Of a stretch of 64,000 bases of DNA, positions 25,168-35,749 are shown piece by piece; position 1 is the stretch's first letter, and each line of letters starts with the position of its first letter. This DNA comes from Pseudogymnoascus verrucosus (lineage: Eukaryota): NCBI GenBank assembly GCA_001662655.1, contig KV460208.1; one strand, 5' to 3'. Both the position numbers and the translations under genes were made by a program. The notes below the pieces were generated by a model, which worked only from the letters and a program-made list of their open reading frames with translations, had not been told where the DNA came from and searched no databases.

Positions 25168-26378
25168 TCATGGGCCACCTGCACGTCCATTTCTGTCCAT
25201 CCACGAATTGCCCTGGTTTTGACACGAACCGACGACACAATAGTAGTAGCTTCCTACTGTATGGTCGTTTGGTGAAACCAGCACATATCTGTCACCGAAT
25301 TGGGTTGGATCGCATCGACTTCGCTGCCGCTCACGGACACTATAAGCTGTATGCGCAGTGTTCTTCCAGATGCAGACGGTTTGCCCTTTATGGCCAACGC
25401 AGCCGTGTTGGTTCCCAGTCATCACAGTTTTCGTCACGGAGAAACCGCCCGATGCCCAACCAAAGAAGTTACCACCAAAACTGTAGTTAACAGAGTATGA
25501 TATAGCGTTGCTCTCTCCGACATTGCAGCTGTCGGCTCCACCGCACTGAATAGGTATCTACAGTAATATATACGTTAGACTTCTCTATTTCATTAAAATA
25601 GTTTGGACTGGGGGTTGGGGGGGATGCTCAGTCCACAACGTACACTAAGCTGAGTGTGGAGGTAATTCTGGTGCGGATCCCCGTTACCAATGAGGACAAC
25701 GTCAGAGTGCCAAGCGCAATCAGGAGGACCATTCGCGCCGCTAGTTCCACGAACGTTTGATTTTGGGGGGTGCTCGGACGTTGAAAGTGAGATTTCACTA
25801 AGATCGTATTCCTTTGACCCTGCAAGTCGGGCTGCAAAGATATTCGAAGTTGTCTCCATGTCAAGTGTGCCACGAGTGAAGCAAGCCTTGCTATTTTCCG
25901 CGCTCAAAGGCTTGGCCTGTAGGGAATTGGGGACCTTGATTGAGCATCGTACGAAGCTATCAGCGTCGCTGTACATTCTGGTGCAGGTGATTCCTCCTGA
26001 GAAATCAGCATGCTCATGCACCATGTATGATTGCCCGTTTAGTGTGATATTCCCTATGTTAAATCGTGTCAGTATCTGCACATGAAGAATAAGGGGAGGA
26101 AAATGAAGAAAAAAAACGGTTTCAAAGTTACCTGCACCGTTTGAATCAAGGTCTGTAGAGATGGGGAAGTCGGCGAAGGCCCCAGAATCTAACGTCTTGC
26201 TGCAGGACTGTCCTAAGACCTGGGACTCCATGTCCACAACAACGACTTCTTGCTCCAGACTCGTTTTGTCGAACTTGATGAGAAGGCTGGCCTCCTTGAG
26301 ATCTCGTGGAAGAGACGACAGGTGTGGAGCTCCCAAAACGACGGGCACAATCCACGTCATGGCTGCAAGAAACATCAT
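25168..26378 (-). CDS. Secreted Cys-rich fungal protein of unknown function
   Basis: Exons 26378-26132, 26053-25644 and 25557-25168. Signal peptide MMFLAAMTWIVPVVLGA. C-terminal GNGDPHQNYLHTQLS..TVCIWKNTAHTAYSV..SPN..YYCVVGSC..GRAGGP. Alternative start at 26426. Confidence 0.8.
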
Positions 26379-26679
26379 CTTGGCTGAGTGGAGGAGTAAG
26401 CTGTGATCATTAGTAACAAAATCCATCGGATATTGATACTTTCACTTACAATCGATGTGAAAGTTTTGCTAGGATTTGTAACTCTGTGCCGAGTGAGTTG
26501 CTTGTCCTAGTGTTTTGAGAAAGCTCATCGTGCTCTATTTATTCTTTTCCAAACCACTAGATTCTTCACTCCTGGATCAGTTTCTTGAATGAGCGCATTT
26601 GCTTGCAGGGAGTCAATTCTCCATCGCAATGATCATCCGTAGGGTTCATCCATACGAAAAGGTTGTTGGTTCTTGGAAG

Positions 26680-26860
26680 CTGAGTATTCATGGCACATAT
26701 CCCAGTTGAAGGACCATCCAACACCTACGACAATTGAATATTCATGTCACATATCCGAGTTGAAGGATTATCCAACATATGCTAAGAAATTTAACTTGCC
26801 TCTACTTGAGTTGAAGGATTCTCCAACACTTACTAGGAAATCCAACCTGCCTATACTAGA
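26680..26860. repeat. Degenerate 51-54 bp tandem repeat, 3 copies
   Basis: AGTTGAAGGAYNNTCCAACA at about 26704, 26758 and 26809. Confidence 0.65.
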
Positions 26861-27909
26861 TGGTATTCCGTTAGGACGCATGTGAATCCTTAAAATAAAC
26901 ATGTTGAAGGGAGCTGATTATGACTGCCCTATAAGACACCCATATACACGTAGACCAACTGAAATAAAGCCAATTAGGTATCTAACACCGACGCACTTGC
27001 AAGGCTTAACTCTAACCATGGCTAACAACTTATCCAACACCAATGCACTTGCAAGGGTTAATTCTAACCGAGGCTACTCGGTAACAACTTATCTACCGCC
27101 GATGCAGTTGTAAGGGTAAATTTCGCCTCTAAAGAAACTCTTTCTTGGATACTGCGTGCCTATTCTAACAAGAGAACCTCCAGGCTCCTCCCGTCTTCTC
27201 AATATATCTACGTAGCTAGGTGTTGTATGCTGACCGTAGCCCCATGGGACAGGTGGATACGATGTTGGGATCGTCGTTGTCACCAGGCACGGAGTAGGAG
27301 CCCTCCACTCCTACGGAATAAGGGGCTCACGATCGGCATAAATACCGTACGCAGGGTGCGTAGAATAGTTAAGTTAATTAATTGATTTGTTATACTATAT
27401 ACGACTATATACTGTGATACTGTACGGAGTACTGCCTAAGGTACTGAGCCGACTGCACTCACTGCCAAAGTGATAATTGCGGCCGTAACGAGGATTGGCA
27501 GCTAATCTGTACGGCGATCCCCGCCGGCCCCCAATTGCCTCCAACACTAGGGTCTTCTAGTCAAGGCTGAAACACTTTTTCCCTGTAGGATTGTTGGAAG
27601 GGCTTCGGCTTCGCCGACGACGAGGAGGGCGAGAGACTTGGCCCTTGTTTGTCCCGCCAAGGCGAAAGCCTTGGCAACCAACACCCTACCTCACCCTACC
27701 TACCTACCTATTTTGGACTTCCTCCTCCGAGAAAGACAATTCTAAGCGCCTAATGCTCGTACGTCGTCCTTCCTATTTGAAAGTCATTCGCTCCGCGAAC
27801 ACGATATAACATTAGTCAGCGAGGTAACATTCGTCGAAGCATTTCTATATAATGCTTGTCTACACACCACTGCATTACATCGTATTCTGCACGCTCGAAA
27901 TAGTCCGTA

Positions 27910-28408
27910 ATGTTATCCTCAACCAACATCATACTGTTACTCTCCTCGATTGTTTCTCTATGTTTCGCGCAAAACTCTACTACTGAACCCGTGTGCGATA
28001 AATATGTCATACCTGCAGAAATCAATTCGACGCTTGCAAAGGAGGGTCCAGTCTGCGGTTTGTCACTCGAAACGCATCTCGATTTCACTCAATGCTGCGC
28101 CTCAAACCAGCCGATATACTATACAAGTACATGCACGTATGTTGAATTTTTTCGTGTCAAATTCTAACTTCTTCATTGTTCAGTTCGAGGAGACATACTA
28201 ACCAGTGGTACTGTACCGTAGCCAATACTGTCGGGTAAACAAAAACCAGACAGATGGTTTCTTGGATTGTGCTAGGGTTGTGGCACAAGGTCAAAATCTC
28301 ACTCTCGGCATTGTAGGCTGTGAAGGTGGGGCTGGGAGGATCGGGCAGATGTCTTTAGAGGGAGCAGTCTTAGGGGCTGCCTTCATAGGGTTGGTTTTGG
28401 CCTTTTAA
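27910..28408 (+). CDS. Small Cys-rich secreted, probably GPI-anchored protein
   Basis: Exons 27910-28136 and 28222-28408 in frame. N-terminal signal peptide, 8 Cys in the mature part, N-x-S/T sites, hydrophobic C-terminus (GAVLGAAFIGLVLAF). Confidence 0.78.
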
Positions 28409-28983
28409 GTAGAGATTCAAATGTATTATATAGGGCATTAATCCCAGAACCCACCTGCTGGCGGTGTTTTTGGTTGGTACTTTGAGTATACATAAAGTTT
28501 TTCCCCACCTCTTTATCTATTTAATAAGGCTCTTTCTTCTACACGATTTCTGAGTTATATAAATCATTATTTGTGAATATGTCTAGAACGAAACTTCGCC
28601 CAGCTCAATTCCTCCTGGTTCAGATACGCTTTCCCTACACAGGATGGAGGTGGATAGAAACTTAAGCACAGTTTTACATACCATCGAGGCAAGGCGAAGT
28701 ATTAAGGAGGTTTTTTTTCAATAACATCAACGTCGTCGACATCTACTTAATTATTTGGTATGGTTGATTAAGGTTTGGGACTACCCCGGGTTTTAACATT
28801 TAGCCGCCCCCCCCGCCTAATCTAAACTTTCAACTTCATTGTCATAGGTGAGTAGTCTCATATTTAAAGTTTCAACCCTGCCGCCATAGGTGAGTAGCCT
28901 CATATTTAAAGTTTCAACCCGCCATAGCAGTGTTGAGGTTAGTAGATGGTAGTCTGAACTTCATTCTAGCTTAGGCGGAGGAT

Positions 28984-29281
28984 TGTAAGGATGCCTCCTT
29001 ACTCGGGTTAGTTACGGCCGTCACGTGGCGCCATCGAGACTCGGGGCCGTTACGGGTCAGTCGCGACTGACAGCCTTAGGCACATAGCGTAAGGAAGCCT
29101 TAGGCAAATAGGGAATTAGCTGAGTTGGAGGGGTTTCGGGTATTTAAGGGAACAGCTATAGAGGGTTACATCTTCATCCTTTTTGTATCCTTTGTAGTAG
29201 ACCTATAGGATTGCGCTAACTTCTATCTGACTCGTACTCCTATATGCAACTTCTTGTGATATAGTGCCCTGTGTCCTTACA
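28984..29281. mobile_element. Solo LTR (298 bp) with 5-bp TSD AGGAT
   Basis: Termini TGTAAGG...CCTTACA; AGGAT at 28979-28983 and 29282-29286. Confidence 0.9.
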
Positions 29282-29429
29282 AGGATGGGGAGATGATAGG
29301 ACGTAGGGGGTCCTCTAGACATCCTTAGGATTAGACTTAGAGCTAAGGTAGTTACATGTAGGGAGCTAGGGGCTAGCTAACTAAGTTAGACCTGTTTTAG
29401 ATATAAAGAGGAATAGACTTAAGGGGTTC

Positions 29430-29542
29430 TCTCTTTATCTTTTTTATATCCTTTATAGTAGACCTATAGGATTGTACTAACTTCTATCTAACATACACTT
29501 TTATATGCTACTCCTTATAATATGGTGCCTTATGTCCTTATA
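29430..29542. mobile_element. RIP-mutated remnant of a related LTR (3' part)
   Basis: Aligns with 29170-29281 with mostly C>T/G>A differences; ends CCTTATA instead of CCTTACA. 5' end not found. Confidence 0.8.
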
Positions 29543-29569
29543 TATAGCCTAAGCCTAGACCTATACTAC

Positions 29570-29828
29570 TGTAAGGCGGTCCTCACGTGATGGCACGTGA
29601 GGTGCCACGCCGAAGGCAGCCCTACGGTGGAGCTGTCATTCGGGTATAGCCCGGTTATTAGGGTTCACGGGATAGGAAGATATATCAGGGGCTGGAGCCT
29701 CAGTGGAGGACTCCAGTCAATAGTCGCTGTATCTACGTAGACCTATTGTGCTTACTGAATGCGATACCCTTCCTGCCTCCTGACCTGGTTCCCTGGACTC
29801 CCGTGAGACCCTAGGCTTACGCTTTACA
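29570..29828. mobile_element. Solo LTR (259 bp) with 5-bp TSD ACTAC
   Basis: Termini TGTAAGGC...GCTTTACA; ACTAC at 29565-29569 and 29829-29833. Confidence 0.9.
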
Positions 29829-30501
29829 ACTACTTAAGGTTCTATAGTTTCTTAGAGTTCACTAGATACTATAGAGTTAATTCTAAGCACAGACTACTAA
29901 GAATATCCTCTTTAGGACTTTCTTAAGTATGTGAGGATTAGATAAGAGACAACTTACAACCTAGGGTTTAGGCTGCTAGATCTTCTAGATTCGTTTAAAC
30001 TATTAATTAGTCTCTATATATTAAATTCTACATCTAGTAGGGAACTAGTTAAAGGGTCAGCTTATTTATAGGTTTGCATACATGCTAAGAGGTCACTGCT
30101 AGCTGTGTAGAAGCAGAGAAAGCAACTACCTTTACGAGAACGAATTGTAAGCAGACCTAGTAGGCAATTAACATATTTAGCAGCTAATGACGAACTGTTA
30201 ATACAGCTGAAAGAGGATGACAAATTGCCATGGGACAAAATTGCAGAGTTCTTCCTAGGAAGGACTAAAAGGACGTTGCAAGTGCACTACTGCACAAAGC
30301 TGAAGAACCGCTCGCAGACGTCGAAGTTTAAGAAACGCAAGGGAATATGCCCATTAGGGTTTTTAATGGACCTAGTTAATCCACAGCTTCGAAATGCTCT
30401 TCCTTCCACACCATTTCTAGCAGCAACTGCCGATTCCACCAAGGGTGCTCACAGAGGCATACTATCAACCCCTCCCTCCCCACAATCCACTTCTCCCTAA
30501 C

Positions 30502-30672
30502 CTACTCAAAATAGATAGGGGCATCCAGCACTGTCGAGGCAATGGCAGACCAGAACGTCGTTGTCGACTTAGTATCACTTGGATATACCTTCTTGAAGTG
30601 TCGAGTTCGGTCCTCGAAGCCCTCAAAGGCCCTCCGAGACTGTTTTGTTCTATTCGCTGCCTTTTGACGCAT
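30502..30672 (-). pseudogene. 56-aa stub, possibly the N-terminus of a DUF3435 tyrosine recombinase (Starship captain)
   Basis: MRQKAANRTKQSRRAFEGFEDRTRHFKKVYPSDTK... The resemblance is from memory, helped by its position convergent with the Myb pseudogene. Confidence 0.3.
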
Positions 30673-31239
30673 GGTTGTCGAGGGATAGGAGGTGAAACTT
30701 CGGACAAAGAAACCCTATGGCTTATGCTGCGGAAGGTGGAAAACAATGAGCTCGATGAAGAAGAAAGGAAACCCACGAGTTAATGCAAATGCCTGGCGGA
30801 ACCCAGAATAACGCCCTGGGACACTGAAAGCATGGTGAAAGGAGGCCATCTGAAAGAATCTCAAAGACACTCTAATCAAGACCAGAATGTGCGAGAACGG
30901 TTATGAGACATCCTCATATGATATAAAAATGCGAAGGCGGCAAAAGACGAGCCTCTCTCTGTGTCTTATTTGGGAAGGAACCAACGTAAACTTCACGTAA
31001 AACTTGACAATTATAAGACAGTCTACGCCTAGCTCGGATTCCTATATCCCTCGACGCGTCTAATTAGGAAGTAGCGAAGCACAACCCATCCAAGCGCGCT
31101 TAACACCCAAAATACAAAAAAAAACACCCTCCAAAGCTCAATTCCACCCTCTCTTCTCCAAAAGAACCCCAAGACAGACTCCAATAACCTCCTATCCATG
31201 ATCCCCCCAAAAAAATTGTAAAAAAAAGCAAAAGAACCA

Positions 31240-31419
31240 GGTTCTGATTTCGATGTAGGCAGCTACCCACATCGACTCAGAACCAGTAACCAAACCCTCC
31301 TCACCATTGCGTGTACGGCATCCCGGGCGCCCCCGGGCGCCGAACACACAATGACAATTTGGATTTCATATTACCTGGCGGGATGGGTGAGAGAGCTACC
31401 AACTCAGCCATTCCGCCAG
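31240..31419 (-). ncRNA. Candidate structured ncRNA: three evenly spaced hairpins
   Basis: Inverted repeats at 31240-31284, 31305-31353 and 31375-31419 with 20- and 21-nt linkers. G-U pairs mostly favour the minus strand. Oligo-T tract follows on the minus strand. Confidence 0.55.
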
Positions 31420-34400
31420 ACTTATTGGGGGTGGACTTAGGCTTGGTTATATGGTTTGGTTTGCCGCTTGGTTGGGGAGGGTCAGATGATTGGGGGAGGG
31501 GGGTGGTAGGGGAGAGGAGGTGGCCAGGCACAAGGGGAAGGAACAAGGAGATGGCTTGGGGGTTTGGTAGTTAGAGGACGTAAGCGCGAGATAATGGCAG
31601 GTAGACAACGGAAATGGGTATATACTGTACGGAGACAAACTTGTGAATAACATACACGAGAACCACGCATAATTTGTGTAGACACTTGTCTCACGAATAA
31701 GAACGCCATGGAAATAGAAAGTGTCTGACCCCAATGGCAACCAGCAGCTAAACAGCAAAGGATAAAGCTTCAGGGACGCCGTGAACCCAAACTTTGGAGT
31801 AGACACTTGTCTCACAGACACAGGCACTGACCCAGCCCGACCACAGCATTAGAAGCTGACAAAACCTCCACAGCAAACCCAGCGATTAAATGCACACAAC
31901 GTCGATAACGAGGCTATAAAAAGAAAATCAAAACCTACCAATATCTTCCTACCTTCCGCCCGCAATCTGAGATCGGAGATTCTTGAAGTCGATGTTAGGC
32001 TCAGGCACTGACCGCCACAACATAGGAAACTTGTCAAACCTTCGACTCTCATCAGTCACTCACCGTCACATTCACCCTCTCAGCCCCTGAAACAGGTCTC
32101 AACCCCCTCCACCGTCCTCCCTTCCCCGCAAACCCTTCGATCACCCACCAAGGCGCGACAAACACCACCCCCAACACCCCCAACACCACCACCCGCGACA
32201 GTCACACAACCTGACGTCGTTGTAGCACAAAACCCCCTCCTCGCCATGCAGCAAGGCTCATCGCAGCTCTCAAGCAAACGTCAAGGAAACGTTGCGCGAC
32301 ATACCACCCTCCGCCAAGCATCGCGCTCATGCACGCACTCTCCTCGCACAGGTCCCTTTCGGCCGAGGTGGGGCGGCGCTGCAAGGGACTATCGGATTAT
32401 CACCGTGCTAGCGGTCTTTGGGACGCCGGCGCGCTTGGTCCGCTGTCAGGCTTTCTGGGGGGGGAGATGTTGGGTTTCTTGACAACGAGTGCGTGTGTGT
32501 ATAGTATGTTGATGAGGGTGGGTGGTGTGGGATTGGGAAGAGGCGACATATGTTTTCTTCGCGGTGTCGGTGTGAGGGGTGGGAGGGGTGCAAGGTAGGT
32601 TGGGGATAGGATCGTGGATCAGATTCATGTCTCTCTCGGTGGGACGAAATCAGGGAATTCGTCGTGATGCTGTTTATAAAGCATCTCGGACCACCCCATA
32701 GCTGACTTGCAATAGGTGCCGAGTCGCGGCTGTAACCACTCCTCTTTGTGGCCGAGTCTGGGGGGCGACGAGGGAAGGTCTGACCTTACCCCATCGTCGA
32801 CATGCCGTGCGCGCGCCTGTGCCACTCCTAACGCCGTTTGTACCTACGCACAAGCTATTCCAACATCTGTGCAACAGCAGTCCGCCGACGATGACGATCA
32901 TCCAATATCGGAAATCACGACTCGCTCACCTACCAATCTGCCGTGGAAGAATACCGACTCCCCATGCGGTACAAACCCTCACGCTCCCACAGCATCACGA
33001 CATCCGAAAAGCATCACACCTCCAAACCCCATTTCCCCGCATCCCAAAATCCCAAAATCCACACCTGTCACCCTACGAGTCGTGACCCAAACATAAACCC
33101 CTCAGATCTCACAAAGTAAGTAATTCGCCCTCTCCTCTTCCAGACAAAATAAAATCCACTCCCTAGCGCCCCTCTCCAACGCAGAACATAAACGCCACGA
33201 CCAACCAGACGAGGTCTAAGGACTGCAGGCCCAACGCATGGCAGCATGCGATCGCGGCTGGTGGTACGACATTCCTGAACGGTACAAATGGCCCCGTCAA
33301 CTCCCCGTCAACTCCCCCGCTGGCTGGCCCCCCTCGACCGAAAATGCGCGATATGCACGAGTCGAGTCGAGTCGCAGGCCTCGTTTTTCGCCACTGCCTG
33401 GCCGCGCACGCAGGTGCAAAAAAAGTGACAGTTCTGCAGGAAGTAAGGGGGGATTGAATACAATTGCCGTTTTCTCCTCCCCCTTTTCTCGCCTTTTCTC
33501 GGCGCTGGGACTCTATCTACTCGCCATAATCGCCATATCCAGTAAGGGAAATCCCAGTCCCGCCGGGAGAAGTCCGTTCCAAGTGGGCCGATTATTGGCT
33601 TGCCATACCCACTGTTCTGGACGGGACGGGCGAGTTGTCGACCCGCAGGTAGGTGGGAGCGGAGGGGATTGGTGCGTGGACAGGGGGATGTGGACACTAT
33701 ATGTCCACTATGCTTGATCATGCTTGACGTCTTTCGGGCCCCTGTCGGACTGAACCCACGGCGCCATTTTGCGAGGGGATGGTCGAGGGGTAGGGGGTAG
33801 ACCAGAGCGTCGGTGGCGAATGGCATTTACCGTTCACTGACTACGGAGTACTACACTGATGCTACTGTACCGTACTTGAAAGAGTGGTAAGTGGTAAAAA
33901 GAGGTACGTACGCGCAACACAGGTGGGTGCGGAGAAAATGGGGGCACGACTCTATCCCCAACCTGCTCGAGAATCAAGTTTCGTCGCTGGCGCAGGTGTT
34001 CAGTCAAGACATGATAATTGACGTTGGGATGGGATGGGAGCGACAGCATACGTATGTTGGGATGGCTGGCGCGCGTGTCGCAGTTAACTGCTTGCATCAT
34101 ATCGATCTCATAGTTCCTAACACACACGATACGATGCACAATTGCCAGTTTGGGGTAGAAAGGGAGACCAGCGTTGTGGGGGTGGGTGGATGTTGGTGGA
34201 CTAGAACACCCGACGATGCTGGGAACTTGCTAGCCGCTAGAGGGCGAGATTGGCACCTTGGCACCGCAAACAGCGCGGGAAGGTCGATTGATTGCCCAGA
34301 TTAAGTATCTCATACCACCGATTTGCTTGTTTGCTGTCGCCGTTGCGATTATTTGCCCATTATTCCGTATCCCTTTCATTTTATTCTATTTTATTTTAAT

Positions 34401-35179
34401 AGTATAGACATCTATTGTAACGGGAATAATATGGCCATTGCGCGCATTCTAATATCGAAACTCAGCGATATTGGGTTGGTCCTGGGATGGTTTCGTAGTT
34501 AGGCAGGGTATCAGAGACAGTAAGTACTCGCGCCGTAATCTGCCAGCATTTGGGGGTGTGAAGTGACCTCTCCCTCTCCCTCTCCACCATCCACCACTAC
34601 CCCCAATCCACCTCCACCACCACCCAATATTGTCTCTCAGGGTGAAACCAGGTAAACCCACTCGCTCCCTTATCCTTTTCACTCCCTTCACTCCCTTCAC
34701 TCCCTCACCCTCACCCCAACTCTCTCTTCGCCCCCCTCAAGAACAATCAGGAATCCCCAGGAGATATACTTCTACACTTGCCCTGTCCACTACTTTGCTG
34801 TCTGTGGAATCTGTGGGATACTTCAATTGGTTCCTGTTCTGTTGAGAGAGAGATATATACCTTGGGTCGCCTGCAACTCGGAAAGATACAGAGAGAGAGA
34901 GCGGAGTAGGGTGGGACAACTGCTACACTATCACGACATCATCGGATTGTCTCTTTGCGCTACCATCAGCCCCTCGATTACAATACCAACCAGTTTATAT
35001 CCACGATTACCACCTCCCGTCGAAAGTTTATCCAGTCGACAGCCACTCCTTCAGTATATCTGATCGACACCTCGCTCTCCCTTCACCACCACCAATCGAC
35101 CTTACAACACCACCACACCACCTGTCACTCCAACAACCACACTCTCCCTCAACCTCCCACACTCCTACACTCCCACACA

Positions 35180-35749
35180 ATGTCTTCTCCCACCACCACC
35201 ACCCCCCTCCCCATCGGCCTCTCCATCCCCTCCCGCCCCTCCCAACCTCTCACAACAATCGACGACGTCTCCTCCCTCCTCACCCTCACCCCAACACGCA
35301 CCTCCACCCCCCTCTCCCCCTTCCACGACGCCCACTCCTCCCCCCTCCCCCTCTCCCAACAACCCACAAAAGCCGACTCCAAGTCCCACCTCAGCACCTA
35401 CGAATCCGACCTCGAAGCCGGGCTATGCGAGACCACCACCGCCACCAAGACCAGGTCCAATACCAAAGGCGGCTTCGGCGGCAGCGCCCTGGCCCTCGCG
35501 CAGAAGAAGTCCAGCGGTGGCGCGACGAATAAGGAGTGCACGGTTTGGCCGGGGCAGAAGGCGTTGAAGGAGGCGAAGATGGCGGAGAAGAGGAGGACGG
35601 AGTGCTGGAATCCGATGAGGGGGTTGGACTCGAGGACGAAGTTTTGGGTGAAGATCGCGATTGGGGCGGTGATTGTGGGGTTGGCGGTGGGTGTTGGGTT
35701 GGGTATTACCAGGGCGGTGCATGGTGGTGTTTGGCATGAGAATTCGTGA
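35180..35749 (+). CDS. Hypothetical protein with a C-terminal transmembrane helix
   Basis: ATG 35180 (cacaATG); S/T/P-rich N-terminus, CTVWPG, WNPMRGL, TM segment VKIAIGAVIVGLAVGVGLGI, GGVW. Confidence 0.75.
   Translation: MSSPTTTTPLPIGLSIPSRPSQPLTTIDDVSSLLTLTPTRTSTPLSPFHDAHSSPLPLSQQPTKADSKSHLSTYESDLEAGLCETTTATKTRSNTKGGFGGSALALAQKKSSGGATNKECTVWPGQKALKEAKMAEKRRTECWNPMRGLDSRTKFWVKIAIGAVIVGLAVGVGLGITRAVHGGVWHENS

Larger units (their letters stand above)
28798..30350 (+). pseudogene. RIP-mutated Myb/SANT-domain gene interrupted by LTR insertions
   Basis: 29901: EYPL*DFLKYVRIR*ETTYNLGFRL. Same frame at 30171-30310: YLAANDELLIQLKEDDKLPWDKIAEFFLGRTKRTLQVHYCTKLK. Stops are TAG/TAA, consistent with C>T at Gln codons. 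The 5' boundary is approximate. Confidence 0.7.

Noticed and set aside
27350..27420. DNA-transposon terminal repeat (CAGGGTGCGTAG...)
   Set aside because: No partner inverted repeat or TSD found.
32030..32060. Hammerhead ribozyme core (CTGATGA on the minus strand)
   Set aside because: No GAAA after stem II and no stems I/III.
33308..33826. 172-aa minus-strand ORF
   Set aside because: No recognisable motif or coding-like composition.
31200..33900. Telomerase RNA, RNase P or RNase MRP as the explanation for the structured region
   Set aside because: No TAACCCTAA-like template on either strand and no convincing P4 conserved regions. An Sm-like ATTTTTTTG near 31210 (minus) is insufficient on its own.
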